From NCBI GenBank assembly GCA_951406725.2, contig OX597818.1, positions 7,378,001 to 7,442,000 of the forward strand: a DNA stretch of 64,000 bases. Reading direction: 5' to 3'. The notes under the pieces are model-generated. The model ran no database searches and was not told where the DNA came from. It saw only the letters and a list, made by a program, of their open reading frames with translations. The position numbers and the translations under genes are program-made. Source of the DNA: Octopus vulgaris (taxonomy: Eukaryota). The first letter of the stretch is position 1. Every line of letters begins with the position of its first letter. Of the stretch, positions 1-14,681 are shown one piece after another.

Positions 1-699
1 GGCTATGACTTTGTCAAATATGTATTTAAAGTACTTTGTCATTCATTAATGTGTGCAATAGATAATTTATGATCAATTGGCTGGAAGGTGACTTACAATG
101 TATTCAGAAAAAGAAGCACAAAATTAATGTGCAATTTACTCCCTCTAGTTGTTGGAATGTTTTTCTCCCTATATGTTGGAATGTTTTTCTTTGAAAGCAT
201 AGACAAAATATACATAATTATTTTAACATAAATTGGCGATCTTAAATTTAGATCAAAATGTTCCTCATAGTATTTGTCTAGTACTTACTTGATCCAGCAA
301 GGGCGAATGAAATACAAAGTGAACGCTGGTTTGATTTGAAGTTAGTATGTAATGTAATATAAATAAATTCAGTAAGATGTTAAACCTGAGATTTTAACCT
401 ACGGCGTTTAAGATAACTATATTTGTGTGAAACAATGATTTATTTTATGGCATGTATAGGTACTAAAACTATTTAAATTCCTAACGTGATGTATGATGTA
501 GATATGATATTATTCTTGTATATTATTTCGGTAAACTCATAAAAATGTTAGTGCCGGTACGATTTGTGAGATATTAATTTTTTTAATAAACTATGAACTT
601 AGCTTGACAACCAGTTAGCTAATCAACAGTAGTTATAAACAAGGTGCGGAGAGTGGACAGCACTATAATGATATAAAATAAAGGTGAAGCCGAAAAAAA

Positions 700-1760
700 T
701 CCATAGTGGATCCTCCCATCTGCCTTTCACTCCATCCCGATATCTAAGCTTCGGCAGGTTGAAACATTAACAAGCAGACTGAACGTGATCGGCGCCCAAC
801 CCAGTAATGTTCCTATTAAGGAACTGCTTCACCATTCTGAAGCTAATGTATTCCTTTCGCAGCGATCCTTGCTACAACGACATATCTCTCCTCACAGATC
901 CCGACGCCTGTATCTGACTGGCTGCTAAAGAAATATGCAACGTTCAGTTTGACGACACTGGATGGCTACACACCACCTAGCCCGTCAAATATGGCGGTTT
1001 CGGCCTTAGTCTTAGGTCTTACTGGCTCTGCCACTTTTCTCTCGTCGGCACCACATGCCATGTCTTCATCAACAAGGTTCTTCACAACACATATAAACTT
1101 ACTGTAATGAAGGAGCGTGAGATAGCCTGTGTGTCATGGAGCCAACTCGGCCTGCACCCTGAAGACGTCTGTTCTCTCTCCCCTCTGTGTACGTCTCAAA
1201 AGAAATGGGACGCCATCCAGTCTAGCTTGATCTCGGACGAGTTAGTGCACTAATTTAACCAGTACCGTCTGGTATATTTCCTCTCAGTCTTCGAGCTCTA
1301 CAGCAGTTCCTGGCCCAATGCAGTGCCATCATTCTCGATTGGCACTCAGTTTGATAGCAACTGTCTGCACAACGGTCTCCACCTATTGACATGCCATTGT
1401 AGTGCTGTCGAGTTCCACACCATGCTACTCTTAACTAAATCAGAAAGCATGTTCTACACGCCGCAAGCTTCTCTTCCCAGCTCGGGCCAATGGGGCTAAA
1501 GCGAAGGGACGGTAAAAGGCCTGATAATATGACAATTTTCCCGTTCCATGATAACAGGACCCTCATCTGAGATGCCACATGCTGTGACAACGTATCTAGC
1601 GGCAAATTAGTGTGCCCGCTCCACTGCTCATCAGGCTGAGAAAAGTCACTCTCTGACAGGTTTATGGTCGAACACGTGACTATGGACCGCATCACTGCTT
1701 ACCACTATTAAAGTGGGGATGTGTATCCGCAATTGCGAATCCAGTAAGTGAGAGTGGATT
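700..1760 (+). mobile_element. Degenerate CRE/Zenon-like non-LTR retrotransposon fragment (RT C-terminus, CCHC knuckle, restriction-like endonuclease)
   Basis: Manual translation gives PVKYGGFGL (~981), a GLHLLTCHCS..HHATLN knuckle region, and MGLKRRDGKRPDNMTIFPFHDNRTLI*DATCCD (~1490-1590), the RPD...WD.T pattern of CRE-type RLE domains. Stops and frameshifts present; boundaries approximate. Confidence 0.7.
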
Positions 1761-2714
1761 GCTAGCTCATATCCTTCGCTATCCTCCGGGGCAAAACCTT
1801 TTCCATTTCGTCTGCTGGGACCACGGTCTGAGAAGCCATATTTTTGTGGATATTCCCCAGATACCAAATATTGTATATATTAAAATAAAATGAGGACAGA
1901 AAGTATATATGAAAATTATGTTATAAACAAGGTTTCTTTAAACTAAGTCCTGAATTCGGTTGTAATTCTCTTCTCATTTTGTGTTGGTCTTCGTGTTACC
2001 GACCAATTGTTCTAATTTCTTTTATAAGAGATAATTCCTGTAAATCAAGAATTTACCCGGCATGGTATTTGATCTTACCTTATCCTTCATCTTCATAGAT
2101 ATTAGCTATTCTGAGATCCTTAACAAATTGCTGCGAAATGCGCGCGCGCAGACACACACATTTATATACATGTGTACATGATATCGGTAGCTAAATTTCG
2201 AGGAGCAACATTAATTAATTGTTTTATTAAACATGAACGATACGTAGGCGTCTTTTCAATTCCACTGAGAACCTACGTTCTTTTGGACAGTATGTAAGTA
2301 TATGCTACAGGATTTACGTCAAAAATTCCTTTGTATCCGTTGAATTGATATAAAAATTATAAGATTATAGAAAAGAAAATTTATGAGACTATTTATTCAT
2401 AACCTCTACGATCGTTTCGACTCATCGAGCACATGTAAACTACAGGTGAGGTGGTGTACAACCAATTGTCACACATTATAGGTGCAGATGCGTCTCTTCT
2501 TGTCTGGTGACTCAGTTTTTCTTAGCAATAATTTTATATTTAACGTCAAAATATGGTGTTAGCAGATTAAGTATGTGATAGGGTGATAAAGTACTGTCTG
2601 GTTGCGCTAATGCATACACAAACATTTATATGTGCGACTACACCCTCACATGCACACACTTGGACAATAGAGATTTAAAAATGAAAAGACTTATATATAT
2701 ATATATTCTTATAT

Positions 2715-2885
2715 ATATATATATTCTTTCTCCTTCCATTTTTTCTTTTCCTCCTTTCTGTTGAAGGGCATAAACTCGAAACGTAAAATACATTTTCATT
2801 CTTCCTCTGCGTTAAACTGATACAGCTACTTTTTTTTCCTACACCTTTTTCGTCTTTTGTTTTCTGTAAATTTGAACTATGTGTG
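2715..2885 (+). repeat. Dispersed short repeat family with hammerhead-like motif (copy 1; others ~7860-8000, 30421-30500 on -, 37605-37760)
   Basis: Shared sequence ...ctcgaaacgtaaaa...aaactaatac...acacctgtcttcgtcttttg across the copies, each next to a TA/CA microsatellite. Confidence 0.55.
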
Positions 2886-3436
2886 TGTGTAAATTTGTGT
2901 CTGTCTGTGTTTATCCCCATACCATCGTTTGACAACCGATCTTCGTGAGTTTATATATATATATATATATAATTTAAGTAAAATTAAACTTCGAAGTAAA
3001 TATAATTTATAAGTGCAATATGAGAAATTAATAAATAGAAGCCTAAAGACAATCTAAGTTTATTAAACATAAAATCAACGTATTAGGTATTATTGGTGAT
3101 AAATGCAAGTATTAGCAAGTATTAATTAGTAAGATTAAGATACTATGACAACAATATCAATTTTTAAAGGATGATTACATTACGGTTCAGTATAAACAAG
3201 CGAAAGAATTGCTATTAGAAGCATAGTGGGCAAGTGTAGAACGGAACGGAACTATTTACTCGAGTCAGAAATAATCAGGCTGCTTTATTTTGTCTATTCA
3301 TTTCAATCATTTTAATCAATTTACTTGGTTTACATTACTCGGTCTTAGTTTATAGAATTAAATATAAGGCCATATATTGCAGCCTATTTTGATATAGATA
3401 CATACTACACATTCTGTACAAACTGTACACACATAA

Positions 3437-3437
<1 letters not shown>

Positions 3438-3467
<30 letters not shown>

Positions 3468-3500
3468 CATACATACATACATACATACATACACATATAC
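3438..3500. repeat. (TACA)n microsatellite
   Basis: Direct reading. Confidence 0.95.
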
Positions 3501-3659
3501 ATGAATATTTGAAGAGACAAGTCGCGTATTTGGCGTGAGAGACTATTTATTGATAATACGATGAATACTGTCTCCAACTTAGGAACCACAACTCTCAGCC
3601 TTGTTAAATAACTGGTTAATCTTCAGATGAATTAACTGAGGGAGTCTTTTATTCAAGAT

Positions 3660-4227
3660 CGTTGTGATTTTCTACCCAAACTTGAATTTACCATACAGAG
3701 TGTTACTACAAACAACATGGCTACACACAACATCAACAACACAATTGAGGTCTAGAACGAAAACAACAGCTCAACATGTACGAATTCTTTGTAGCTGTAG
3801 TTATAGAAGACACCGTAACTACAAAACTCATTTCTCCTGGAGTTATGAACTGAATAATGATCTGTTTAACTGCTACGAAAATGCAAAAACAAAACCCCAC
3901 TGTTGACTATATGAATCAATTGAAATCATTTTGGGATGATCTATATCCAGAATTAAATCATTTTACTGCGAAGCAACTACGCCAACAAGCAACATTTGTA
4001 CAATATAGAAAGAAGGTTAGTAACTGTAACTTTATTAAAAAATCGAAAATTAACCTTCTTCGCAGCTCTATAAACAAAAAGGAAAACGTGAAAGATATAA
4101 GACCACCACGTGGTTTCAAAGATAGCGATTCCAACAGAAACTACATTGCTGGCTCAAGTAACTGACGACTGTCCCCCTACTACGACTATGGTACATTGCA
4201 GGCACTACCGCAACGATTATTATTGTT

Positions 4228-4263
<36 letters not shown>

Positions 4264-5530
4264 AGGATTATAAACCGGTAAAATGTGCCCTTACTGAAAT
4301 GTTCCAAGAAAAAATAACTTTGGCTTTGAATGACTCTCTTGAGGAAAGAGAAATCTCTACCAAAGTAAGTAGAAAAACCCATTAGGTACAGTATTAAAAG
4401 CTGTTAACGAAATTGGTGATGAGTATTTACAAAAGTGGGACGAACCCACAAACTGGCAGATTGACACCTGTCTATATATGCTGGCAACTACTGTCAAACA
4501 GTATATGAATGATATTCAAAAAGTAAACTAAGCCGAATTAACAAAGTACTATCATGAGTTTTTGAAAACAGAAAAGAAGAACCGCCCAGTCATGTAATGA
4601 CGCTTATTGCATGCAAAGAAGCAAATCGCTATACGTCCCACCAACAGAAAGTAAAGGAGATAGAAATGATGTTTGGAGACAGAAAGAAGAGGACACTCAC
4701 TTGCAAACTAAAAACCTCCGACGCCAAAAGAGAATAACCGAGAGAAGAACAATAAGCACAAAAATTAACCGCAACCAGGCAGCAGTATGCAGAGACATGA
4801 GAGCAACACTCTTTGTCTGATAACCTAGAATACATGCCCAAAAAGTCGCACGACTCTACCGCAACGTATCAGATGAAAGGATGAGCCTATATAAGCAGAA
4901 GACTATGCATGTATATGTTAGTAGAAAGCACGTAATGATAGTAACATTGATCATCAAAGCAGTTTATCATGGACCAATAACCGGCTTACTACCTCCCACA
5001 TAATAAGCAGTTGTCTGAAGATCTAATCAAAGTATTATCTACCGATGAAACACGATGTTGTAGCTAGGACTATCGGAAGGATAATCCTGAGGACAAAGAA
5101 ATAATACCCACAATATGGTAGAAGCCAGAGCCACTCATAATGAAAAGAGATACTGGTGGAATGTAACAGTGAAGACCTCAATAAAATGTAAGAACAACAG
5201 ACCTGATATAATGATTTGCGATTCAGAAGAGAAACTGTGCACAGTTGTGGAAATTAGCTCTCCAGCGCATGTTAACATAAAGCTGAAGATCATTGAAAAA
5301 AGAGAACACCCATGTTGAACTACCATTGAGAAATCTACAGTTAATCTATGCACATTACAAGTTCAGGTTTATACCTGTAATTATTGGGGCCAAGGGATAT
5401 GTAACACACTGCCTAAATACCAATCTTGAGGAATTAATCTTTTCAAAACCGGAAAGGAGAAAGCTAATTCGAAGGCTAATCCATCATAGGAGCTGCAAAA
5501 ATCTGTAAAATTTTCCAGAAGTTTATTATT
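3660..5530 (+). mobile_element. Degenerate, internally deleted R4/Dong-like RLE non-LTR retrotransposon
   Basis: YYLPMKHDVVARTI (~5033-5075, RHD motif), then WWNVTVKTSIKCKNNRPDIMICDSEEKLCTVVEISSPAHVN and YKFRFIPVIIGAKG (PD-(D/E)xK endonuclease). N-terminal fragment WDDLYPELNHFTAKQLRQQA at ~3930. Confidence 0.7.
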
Positions 5531-5754
5531 TAAATATATATGCGCATGTCTAAATATGTAACTCTATGCATGAGAATGCATACATAAAAGATACAAATCT
5601 GCACACATACATACATACATACATACAAACAAGCAAACAACAAACAAAAATACCCTGTTGTTAATGCTGAAATTCCAATGATGATCACTTGGATCTAGTT
5701 TAGAAACTGATTCTTTCTCTATTGGCAAGAAATATGGAAATAAACTGAATAATG

Positions 5755-5900
5755 ACATACATACACACGTACATACATACATGCATACATACATACATAC
5801 ATACATACATACATACATACATACATACATACATACATACATACATACATACATACATACATACATACATGCATACATACATACATGCATACACACATAC
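5755..5900. repeat. (TACA)n microsatellite
   Basis: Direct reading. Confidence 0.95.
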
Positions 5901-5919
5901 GTACATTGTAAACACATTT

Positions 5920-6275
5920 GACTTGATATTATGATCTGGGATAGAGAAGAGAAACTGTGTAGAGTTGTGAAAATCAGGGTTTTAGCGGATGTGAATATAA
6001 AGCTGAAGAAGAGTGAAAAAGAGAATGCCTACGCTGAACTATTAAGAAATCTGCAGCTACACTATACAGATAACTAGTTCAGGTTTATACTCGTAATTGA
6101 TGGGGTACTGGTATATATAACTCACTACCTGAATAGCAATCATGACGAATTAAGCTTCTGAAAACCAGCAAAGTAAAAGCTGATTCGAAGACTACATATG
6201 CAAAGCATTATTGGAACTGTAAAAATCTGTAAAACTCTCCTGAAGTTTAAGAACATAAGAACATGTCTGGATATG
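5920..6275 (+). mobile_element. Second, 5'-truncated copy of the R4/Dong-like endonuclease and 3' end
   Basis: Collinear with 5200-5560 (gatattatgatctgggatagagaagagaaactgtg...gttcaggtttatac...aaaaatctgtaaaa). Confidence 0.75.
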
Positions 6276-6335
6276 AAAGTATACATACATGCAAACACAC
6301 ATACACACTTGCTCACACCTATATATATATATAAC

Positions 6336-6504
6336 AAGTAGAAACATGTTTTTCAACATGTAAATACCAAACAGTATATATATGGGACAAAATCCTTTTA
6401 AGATCAGAAAAATTTGCCGGAAAATTTTTCTGCTCTTAATAGGAATTTATCCAATATATATACTGTTCAGTATTTACGTGTTGAAAAAATTTATCTTTCT
6501 ACTT
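6336..6504. repeat. Imperfect ~170 bp foldback palindrome
   Basis: Left arm aagtagaaa..tttttcaacatgtaaatac..aacagtatatatat..cagaaaaattt; right arm aaatttttctg..atatatatactgtt..gtatttacgtgttgaaaaa..tttctactt; centre ~6418. Confidence 0.85.
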
Positions 6505-6584
6505 GTTCTACAATACATTTCAACGTTTTAAACAAACTTATGTTTGTTTACTTATGACGTATTATATATATATGTACGTATGTA

Positions 6585-6727
<143 letters not shown>

Positions 6728-6999
6728 ATGCATATTAGAAGTTATACCTATAAGACTAAAAGGAAGCAGATCAATAAAATAACCCAAACATATCCGAAAA
6801 ATCCTACACATGTTTCAATTCGACAGTATGTTTGAATCAACAACAATCGAACGATTATAGATGTAATAAACCATATATTGCCGGGTATCTTCAGGGGAAA
6901 GTTAGTATATTTTCCGGTCTTGAATTACGAAATAAATAATTTAAGGACTGTTTGTGTGTTTTTGTGATTGCGTGTGCGTGTGTGTAAATATTTGTCTAT

Positions 7000-7117
7000 G
7001 TTTTTTCTCCCGCCATCTCATGACAATCAATGCTGGTGTGTTTACGTTCCCCTATCTAAAAAGGCGGTGCTGCAGCATGGCCGCAGTCAAATGACTGAAA
7101 CAACCAAAAGGATAAAA

Positions 7118-7120
<3 letters not shown>
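7000..7120 (+). mobile_element. SINE family A 3' fragment
   Basis: ggcggtgctgcagcatggccgcagtcaaatgactgaaac tail shared with 14223-14613, 31312-31714 and 37166-37537. Confidence 0.75.
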
Positions 7121-7175
<55 letters not shown>

Positions 7176-8020
7176 TCAGATATGCTGATACAAACAGCAA
7201 AGTATAAAGATACTTTCAAAAATAATTATCAGAAGCATACAAAACCAAATAATTTGATTCTTTGTCTTACGAATTTCCAGTAGGAGATATCTTATATGTG
7301 TTTCTCCTCCATGCACAGCTTTGCAACTCTTGTGAACAAATGGAACACGTGTAAAAGTGAATTTTGAAAATAATTTGACATGTAACTAACACTTCAAAAA
7401 ATATTTTCCAGAATTTTAACCTCTAATGCATACCTCACACAAATATAACATCTACATATTCATCTTAAGTAAAGGAATAAGCAGATGTGCTTCAAGACGA
7501 CACCGCTTTGGATTTTAATCATATCTGCACAATATGCATATGCTACAAGAATAAGATCTGGCTAAAACGAGGTCATTGCTCATTAAGGTATCCAAAATAT
7601 GAGGATCTACTTAGACACACACTTGTTTGAGATTATCATTTCTTTGCACCCGAAACATAAAGATTTTAAAAGCTTTAAGCATTCTTAGAAGCTACCTTCA
7701 CTTTATCATGTCACTTTTTATTCTACTCCTGCATTACACTGCCTGAAGAGAACTGGAACCCTCTTCCTTTATGTATATATAGGTTCATTTCATCGTGTTG
7801 AACCGTTAATCCTTATATATTTTCTTGCCTCTCCGTTTCTTTTTCATTCGTTCTCTCTCCATTTGTTTTCATCTCAAACCTTTCTATCCAAAAGCGTGAA
7901 CTCGAAACATCAATCACTTTTTCATTCTTCCCGAGCGTCAGAGTAATACATGTGCTTGTTGTTCACTCCCCTTATCTTCGTTACTGCAAAGTTGAACTGT
8001 ACACACACACACACACATAC

Positions 8021-8083
<63 letters not shown>

Positions 8084-8441
8084 CACATATATATATACAT
8101 GCACATACGCACATATGCCTATATTATATATTCCACTATAGGATGGGACAAGTTTCTTTCTTCAGGGAAGAAGTCTTACACTTGATATGTTATAGGAAAA
8201 TATGTTCAAAGATGGAACTCTTTCCTTTAGCATCTCAAAAATAAGATCTTCCTCCCTGAAGACGGAGTCTCGTCTCGTCCTTTCACAGAATTAAGTGCTT
8301 TGTAAATGGAATATATCTGGATGTCATGTATGGAATATATTTGTATTTATATGTACATGTACACATACATTCACACATATATGTATATATTCATGCATTG
8401 CATACACACACATACAGAAAGATGCATATAAGTATAAGTAT

Positions 8442-8478
<37 letters not shown>

Positions 8479-8541
8479 TGTATGTATGTATGTATGTATG
8501 TATGTATGTATGTATGTATGTATGTATGTATGTATGTATGT

Positions 8542-8578
<37 letters not shown>

Positions 8579-8579
8579 C

Positions 8580-8625
<46 letters not shown>

Positions 8626-11600
8626 ATAAGGTCAGGAACGAAATCCTTTAAAGGGATGGCAAACATCCAAGTCCTCCAGTACAGTCCAAGTAAAGAATAT
8701 ATATAAAAATATACATATTCAGTATTTGCAAAAACAATAAATGAAGTATAGGGAAAGGAAACAATTGTAGGTATAGACAATCTTTAATTCATAATCCAGG
8801 TTGGTACAGATCCAATATATATTCTACAAATTGTCTCGGAGTCTAATTAATTCCAAAGACAAAAACGAAAAACTCTTCTTGAAATAAAAATTAGATTCTT
8901 TGTCAGGAAATACATATTGGTATGAATAATTACGATCAACAAAAATATACAAAGACCTTTCATAGCTCAGACGGGAACGAACAAATAATAATAGAATGAA
9001 AGATAATTAGAAAGCCTGACAATTGAAGACCAGAAATATATATATATATAAACCACTCCAGCATCTTATTAACATTGCAATTCTCGATATGTAAATATCT
9101 AGTAAAGACAGATACATTTAATGAAACAAAAACTAACTACAAAAATAATAGGGTTGTCTAATTAAAAATTAAGAAATTAAAGATTAATAACTACAAACCG
9201 ATATATTATCCACAAAAAGGCAATAAATATCCGAATTCAATGTTAATATTATTGACTTTGAATTATTAAAATAATTCATTTTCTACCTTTCCTACTTTCC
9301 TTATACATATCAACTCGTGTTTTACTTTTAAACTTTCTACAAAAACACACACATACACACACACACGCGTGTACACACACACATACACACACATACATAC
9401 AGATAGATATATATACATTTATAAATATATATACACATATATATATATTATATATATATACATATGTATATATATATATATATGTGTGAGCGTGCGCGTG
9501 TGTTATAGGCAATATATCTATGATAAGGTTGGCATCTGTAGAACAAGTCTATTTTAATAATTAAAAATCAGCTAACAACAAACTTTGTCTCAAATAATAT
9601 TTAGTGTGAAATAAAAATATGCTGTTTATATACATGGAGCGAATGTTGATGACTAAATATCAGAACACTACTACATTTGTACTAATATCAGTTCGCTATT
9701 GATTAATAAATCACAAGAATGAGATAATTTTGTTTAATAAACAATGTTGTCGATTGTACAATGAAATTTTAAGAATGTCGATTGAGAGTGCATGATTTTT
9801 ATCCTAACTGAATCGATTGTGTTATTTTTTTAAATGAGGTGCGCTAAATTAAATTCAATTTCTGTACTGAATCGATTCTTTAAAATGATAAAAATATAAA
9901 ATATTGATGGCTGTCTAAAGTTCAGGTAGGAGATATATTGGTTTTTCACTGAACACAAGTTAAAATATTTAATTGTCTCTCTCTCTAAAATAAAAGCGAA
10001 AATAAAACTATACAATCATTGGTGATGCAAAACATCTGTTTCCTTTAGTGTAGCATTCCTTAGAGCAACAGATGTGGTTCTTTGAAAATGACATCAAAAA
10101 ATTAAAGAGTAATGGAGAAAAGAAAAAAAGACCAAAATAAATTACAGATTTAGACAGGCATGTAATTTTCTGTGAACCACAAGTTGCTTGTGACTATTCA
10201 TTATATTCTTGTCCAGAAATGTTCATCACCTGCAAATAGAAGGGGCTGCGTTAAGGCGTTTCAAGTACAAATGGGGAGCCTCTGAAAGGAAAATGAACCT
10301 GACATAATGGTTTTTGAGTGATACTGTAAAAATGAAAGGAAAATTTTCCAGCAGGAATTGTTGCGTGGAAAGAATGACATAGCAGCACAAGGTGTTTGGC
10401 ACATTGGTTAAACAGCGTACCGCATGTCGAAATTGGATTTGGAAAAAGCCAATTAACTACACAAGAATAATAAATGTAGAAAACATGTGTGTCAAGAATT
10501 CAAAACAGGCTGGATTACTAGCTGTCTTCTTCCTAATAAATGCTTAGTGACAGATTTAATACATTCGATATGTTTCAGCTTCGCTAATTTCTACGTCTAA
10601 ACACATGCAAATGTTCGGTTTCGACTCAATTCATCGGTCTGGAAAATTAACAAAATGGTTTTCGGATATACTTCTGGTATTGTATATAAAGTATTTTCTT
10701 CGCTTACAGGTAACCAGAATTGTTACGTTCACCGCATAAAAACGAACAGTTAAACATACGTTATCGTGTACATAAAGGAGTTGAACTTTGCGTACTAATA
10801 TTTTGGCTGAACTTAAATATTTGTTTCTCACATTGCACATCAAATGTCGCTGCTAACAATTTAAGCGATATTCTCCACCACTAATAGGTTTTCCTGTAAG
10901 AATGAGATTGATATGGAATACCTTAGGAATATAGTGTTCACTGTATCTATAAGTACCACATATATGTTAATTACTTTAAAATAGATCATGTTCTATACAC
11001 ATAACGTTTCGCATATATACTGAAATGCGATAAGATATTCTGGCTTTATATTTACTAACATTTTTGTGTTTTATTTTTCGAATATGAATCGTTTGGTTTC
11101 ATTTTTCTTGGAGAAGGGCATATTATTGTATTACGTACATATATTGTTTACGGGATTTTGCAAGAGACTGGACATCACATACATTTCAAATAATATATCC
11201 AAATTTTGTCTTTCTAGAGAAGTATCGTTTATTTCAAACGTCTGATTACTAAACAAGATATTTCACTCTATTCTTTATATTTTATTCCAAATATGCAATA
11301 TTCATAATATGCAATAACATATCCTCTGATATCTTTATTATAAGGAAAAAGCTGCTTATTAATTAGGTATAAAGCAGTTACTAAAAGAATGCAATTATTA
11401 AAGGCCTGAAAATGTTTAAAATAAATTCATGTTCCAAGATATTTCCTGTAATTTCGATTTCTGAAGGTTATTGAATATTTGAGCAACAAGTTTTTCACAA
11501 ATATAAATATTCGTTGCATTAACTGCGGAGTAGATTCAATAAACAATATTAATTCATTGCAGGCGAAATTTTCCGCTTTCATTTACATCAGTTCCTCACT

Positions 11601-13485
11601 CTCTGTCGCCTCTATTTTTATTAAATGATGATTTAACATATATTTATATCAATGTTTTCATTTCAAGTTTTAATTCGCTGTTTGAAAACCCCACAATTTA
11701 TTCAATATACGTAATGTAAAAAAAATATTTATTGAATGAATGAATGCTATTAGACAAAATAGCTGTATAACTTTGACGCTTAATTTTTGCTAAATGAAAA
11801 TTTTTAATATACTGGTATATAAGCCTTAGAATAATAATTGTGTGCTGGCAACTATTTCAAGCACGCTAAACTTTGCTTGAATTACATTTGCGATAGATTA
11901 CCGAAAGAAATATTTACAAAGCAAGTGAGATTTTTTATAAATTGAAGTTTTCATGAAAATTTACTTTCTGAATTTTCTTTTATTATTGAATATTTCAAGT
12001 TCACAAATTTAAATATTCGGTACAAGATAGTTTTTAGCGAGCTTTTATTTATGTGATTTTTTTCATTTCATATTTATTTCATTTATTTTTTACAATATTC
12101 TCTTTCCCTCTTCTCTCACTCTGTCTCACACACACCCACTCTTTCTCTAATATAAACACACACACTGTCTCTGTAATATAAACACACCCCCACACACCAG
12201 TTTGATTTCGTTATTACACAAATATCATGTTAGAATTTTGAAATCCAACATGGGGCGTCAAAAAGAATACGCGACTGAAAATATCAATGAGAAAATATTA
12301 TCAAGTGGCCAGCAAAAAACTGCCCGGAGGGCGATCATTCTGCTAGTTCCATTTAATGCACGTTACTTGCCAGAAATAGATCAAATAGTAATTCAAAATC
12401 TCCATCATCTATAATATTTGTACATAATTTTTATGCATTGTCACAAACCGCACAGGTTTAGATGCGAGTGTCATCTAATATAGATTGAATGAAATATAAT
12501 TTTACAGTGTCGTAGTTGGGTGAAGTTCTATCAATCTCAGTACTGATTGTATGGACATTGAAGCATGAAGCTGTAATGTGGGATTTCGAAACGTAAATTT
12601 TCCTCATTAAATACAAAGTATTACTATTAACATACGCTGACATTGAAGTATTGGTATTTCAACAAAATGAATATATAGAAGTAAATGAAACGCTGACTCT
12701 GGACTAGATGTCTGAATTTTTACGTGGGACCAGAAACAGAAACTCAAACTTTTTCTAAACCGTAAAAGGTCATCATCTTTGACGGAAGGACAGAAATATC
12801 TATGAACATTTTGGATTCTGACTAGTTATATTTCTTCCTATAGATATCACATACAGTCTCTATAGTATATATTGTGAAGCAATACACCACCTAAAAATAG
12901 CTCCAAACAGAATATATGTCAATGTTGCTAGTCTGCGTCTGCCCATCAAGTTTCAACTACTTAAACGAAATTTCATTTGTACTTGTACAAACATCCATCT
13001 ACTTCACAAAATGTCAGTGGGCAAACCTAATATAAGTTTAGTATTTCATACTACATGATTGCAGTAAAAGAAATAATGTTCAATGAAACCATCAATTGAC
13101 ACAATATTATATAGTAATGCCGAACGATAGCTATTTTGAGACAGCCACTGACAAAATTATACTGATTTAGCGTTATGATTATTAGATTAACTGGATTTAA
13201 TGTGCTTATTCAACCGCTAATAACGTAGATTCCTTCTATAAAGGTATAGACTGGTTATGCATACGGATAAACATATTTGCATCACTGAAAATATTTATAA
13301 TTTTTGTAGAATTTCTGAAATATAAGCATTCACATTTCCATCATATATTCCTTTACATTTGTTATTAAAAAAGAAAATTCAAAACACGCCACCGAATTAA
13401 AGTTAAATCTAAAAATGTGAAATGAAAAAGAGTAAAATAAGATTGCAACTTCGTGAAATCATTTACAGCAAAATGTATATATCTA

Positions 13486-13865
13486 CACTACCGTCAGAAA
13501 TTAATTAGCACCCTTGATTTGCTCTTCACTCAAGGTATGTGCTGTCACCTAGTGGCCATATCTCGAACTATTGCTTTGTTGCGAGTTCACTGTTGCGCAG
13601 AACGATGACGTAACTTTGTTTGCAGAGCAGTTTGAGAGTCTACAGCCTTATGATGTTGACATAGCAGTGCAACAACAACTTGGAGTGCGGATGCAGACAA
13701 ATCTTCCTTTGTTTAATAGATATAGGTAGCGCCTCGCAAGGACCGAAATCACACCATACTAAGTTTTCTCATCGCGTAAGACGTTTTGAACAGCTCATAG
13801 GTTAATTGATTTAACCTATTTAATGTAGAAAGTTGAGAAGTGCTAATTAATTTCTGACGCAAGTG
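13486..13865. mobile_element. Tc1/mariner-type MITE (~380 bp)
   Basis: 26 bp TIRs cactaccgtcagaaattaattagcac / gtgctaattaatttctgacgcaagtg (2 mismatches), flanked by TA on both sides. Confidence 0.85.
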
Positions 13866-14222
13866 TATATATATTTTCTCAGTTTAACTCCTTTATATCG
13901 AGGGGATTGAATTGTCGTAGGAGAACACTTCAGTGTATTGCAGAATATGTGATACGCAGTATGAATGTGTTGACTTTTGAAAGGCATGCATCACGTAAGA
14001 AAAATAATAATAATTTAGAATGAAAGTACAGATTCAACAAATCTTTAAAGTATACCCATAATAGACATAACTGTCATTCCCGAAGAACAATGCACATATG
14101 TAAGGTTTAGGCTGTTTCGATAGTATGTAATCGGAAGGTAGACAATAACAGCGTATAAACTTATCGCAACTATTCAATATCGGAAGATCTAAGGAAATAC
14201 AACAGTGACATATATAATATAT

Positions 14223-14612
14223 AGGTGTAGCTGTGTAGTAAGAAGTTGCTTCTTAACTCTATGGTTCCATGTTCAATCCTACTGCGTGGCATGCGTGGCA
14301 TCTTGGGCAAGTGTCTTCTACTATTGCCACGGGCTGAACAAAGCCTTGTAAGTGGATTTGGTAGACGTAGACGGACACTGAAAGAAAGCCCTTCGTATAT
14401 ATTCATGTGTGTCTGTCTCTGTCTCCCACTACTGCTTGATAACCTGTGTTGTTGTGTTTATGTTCTCATAACTTAGCGTTTCAGTATAAGATATCGATAG
14501 AATAAGTACCAGTCTTAAGGAAATAGTTCTGGATCGATTCATTTAACTTAAAAAAAAAATTATAGTGGTGTCCTAGCATGACCGCATTCAAAAGACTGAA
14601 ACACGATAAAAG

Positions 14613-14613
<1 letters not shown>
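14223..14613 (+). mobile_element. tRNA-derived SINE family A, diverged full-length copy
   Basis: tRNA-like head (tagctgtgtagtaag...gttcaatcc), body gcatcttgggcaagtgtcttctactat, tail before (TA)n; homologous to 37166-37537. Confidence 0.8.
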
Positions 14614-14681
<68 letters not shown>

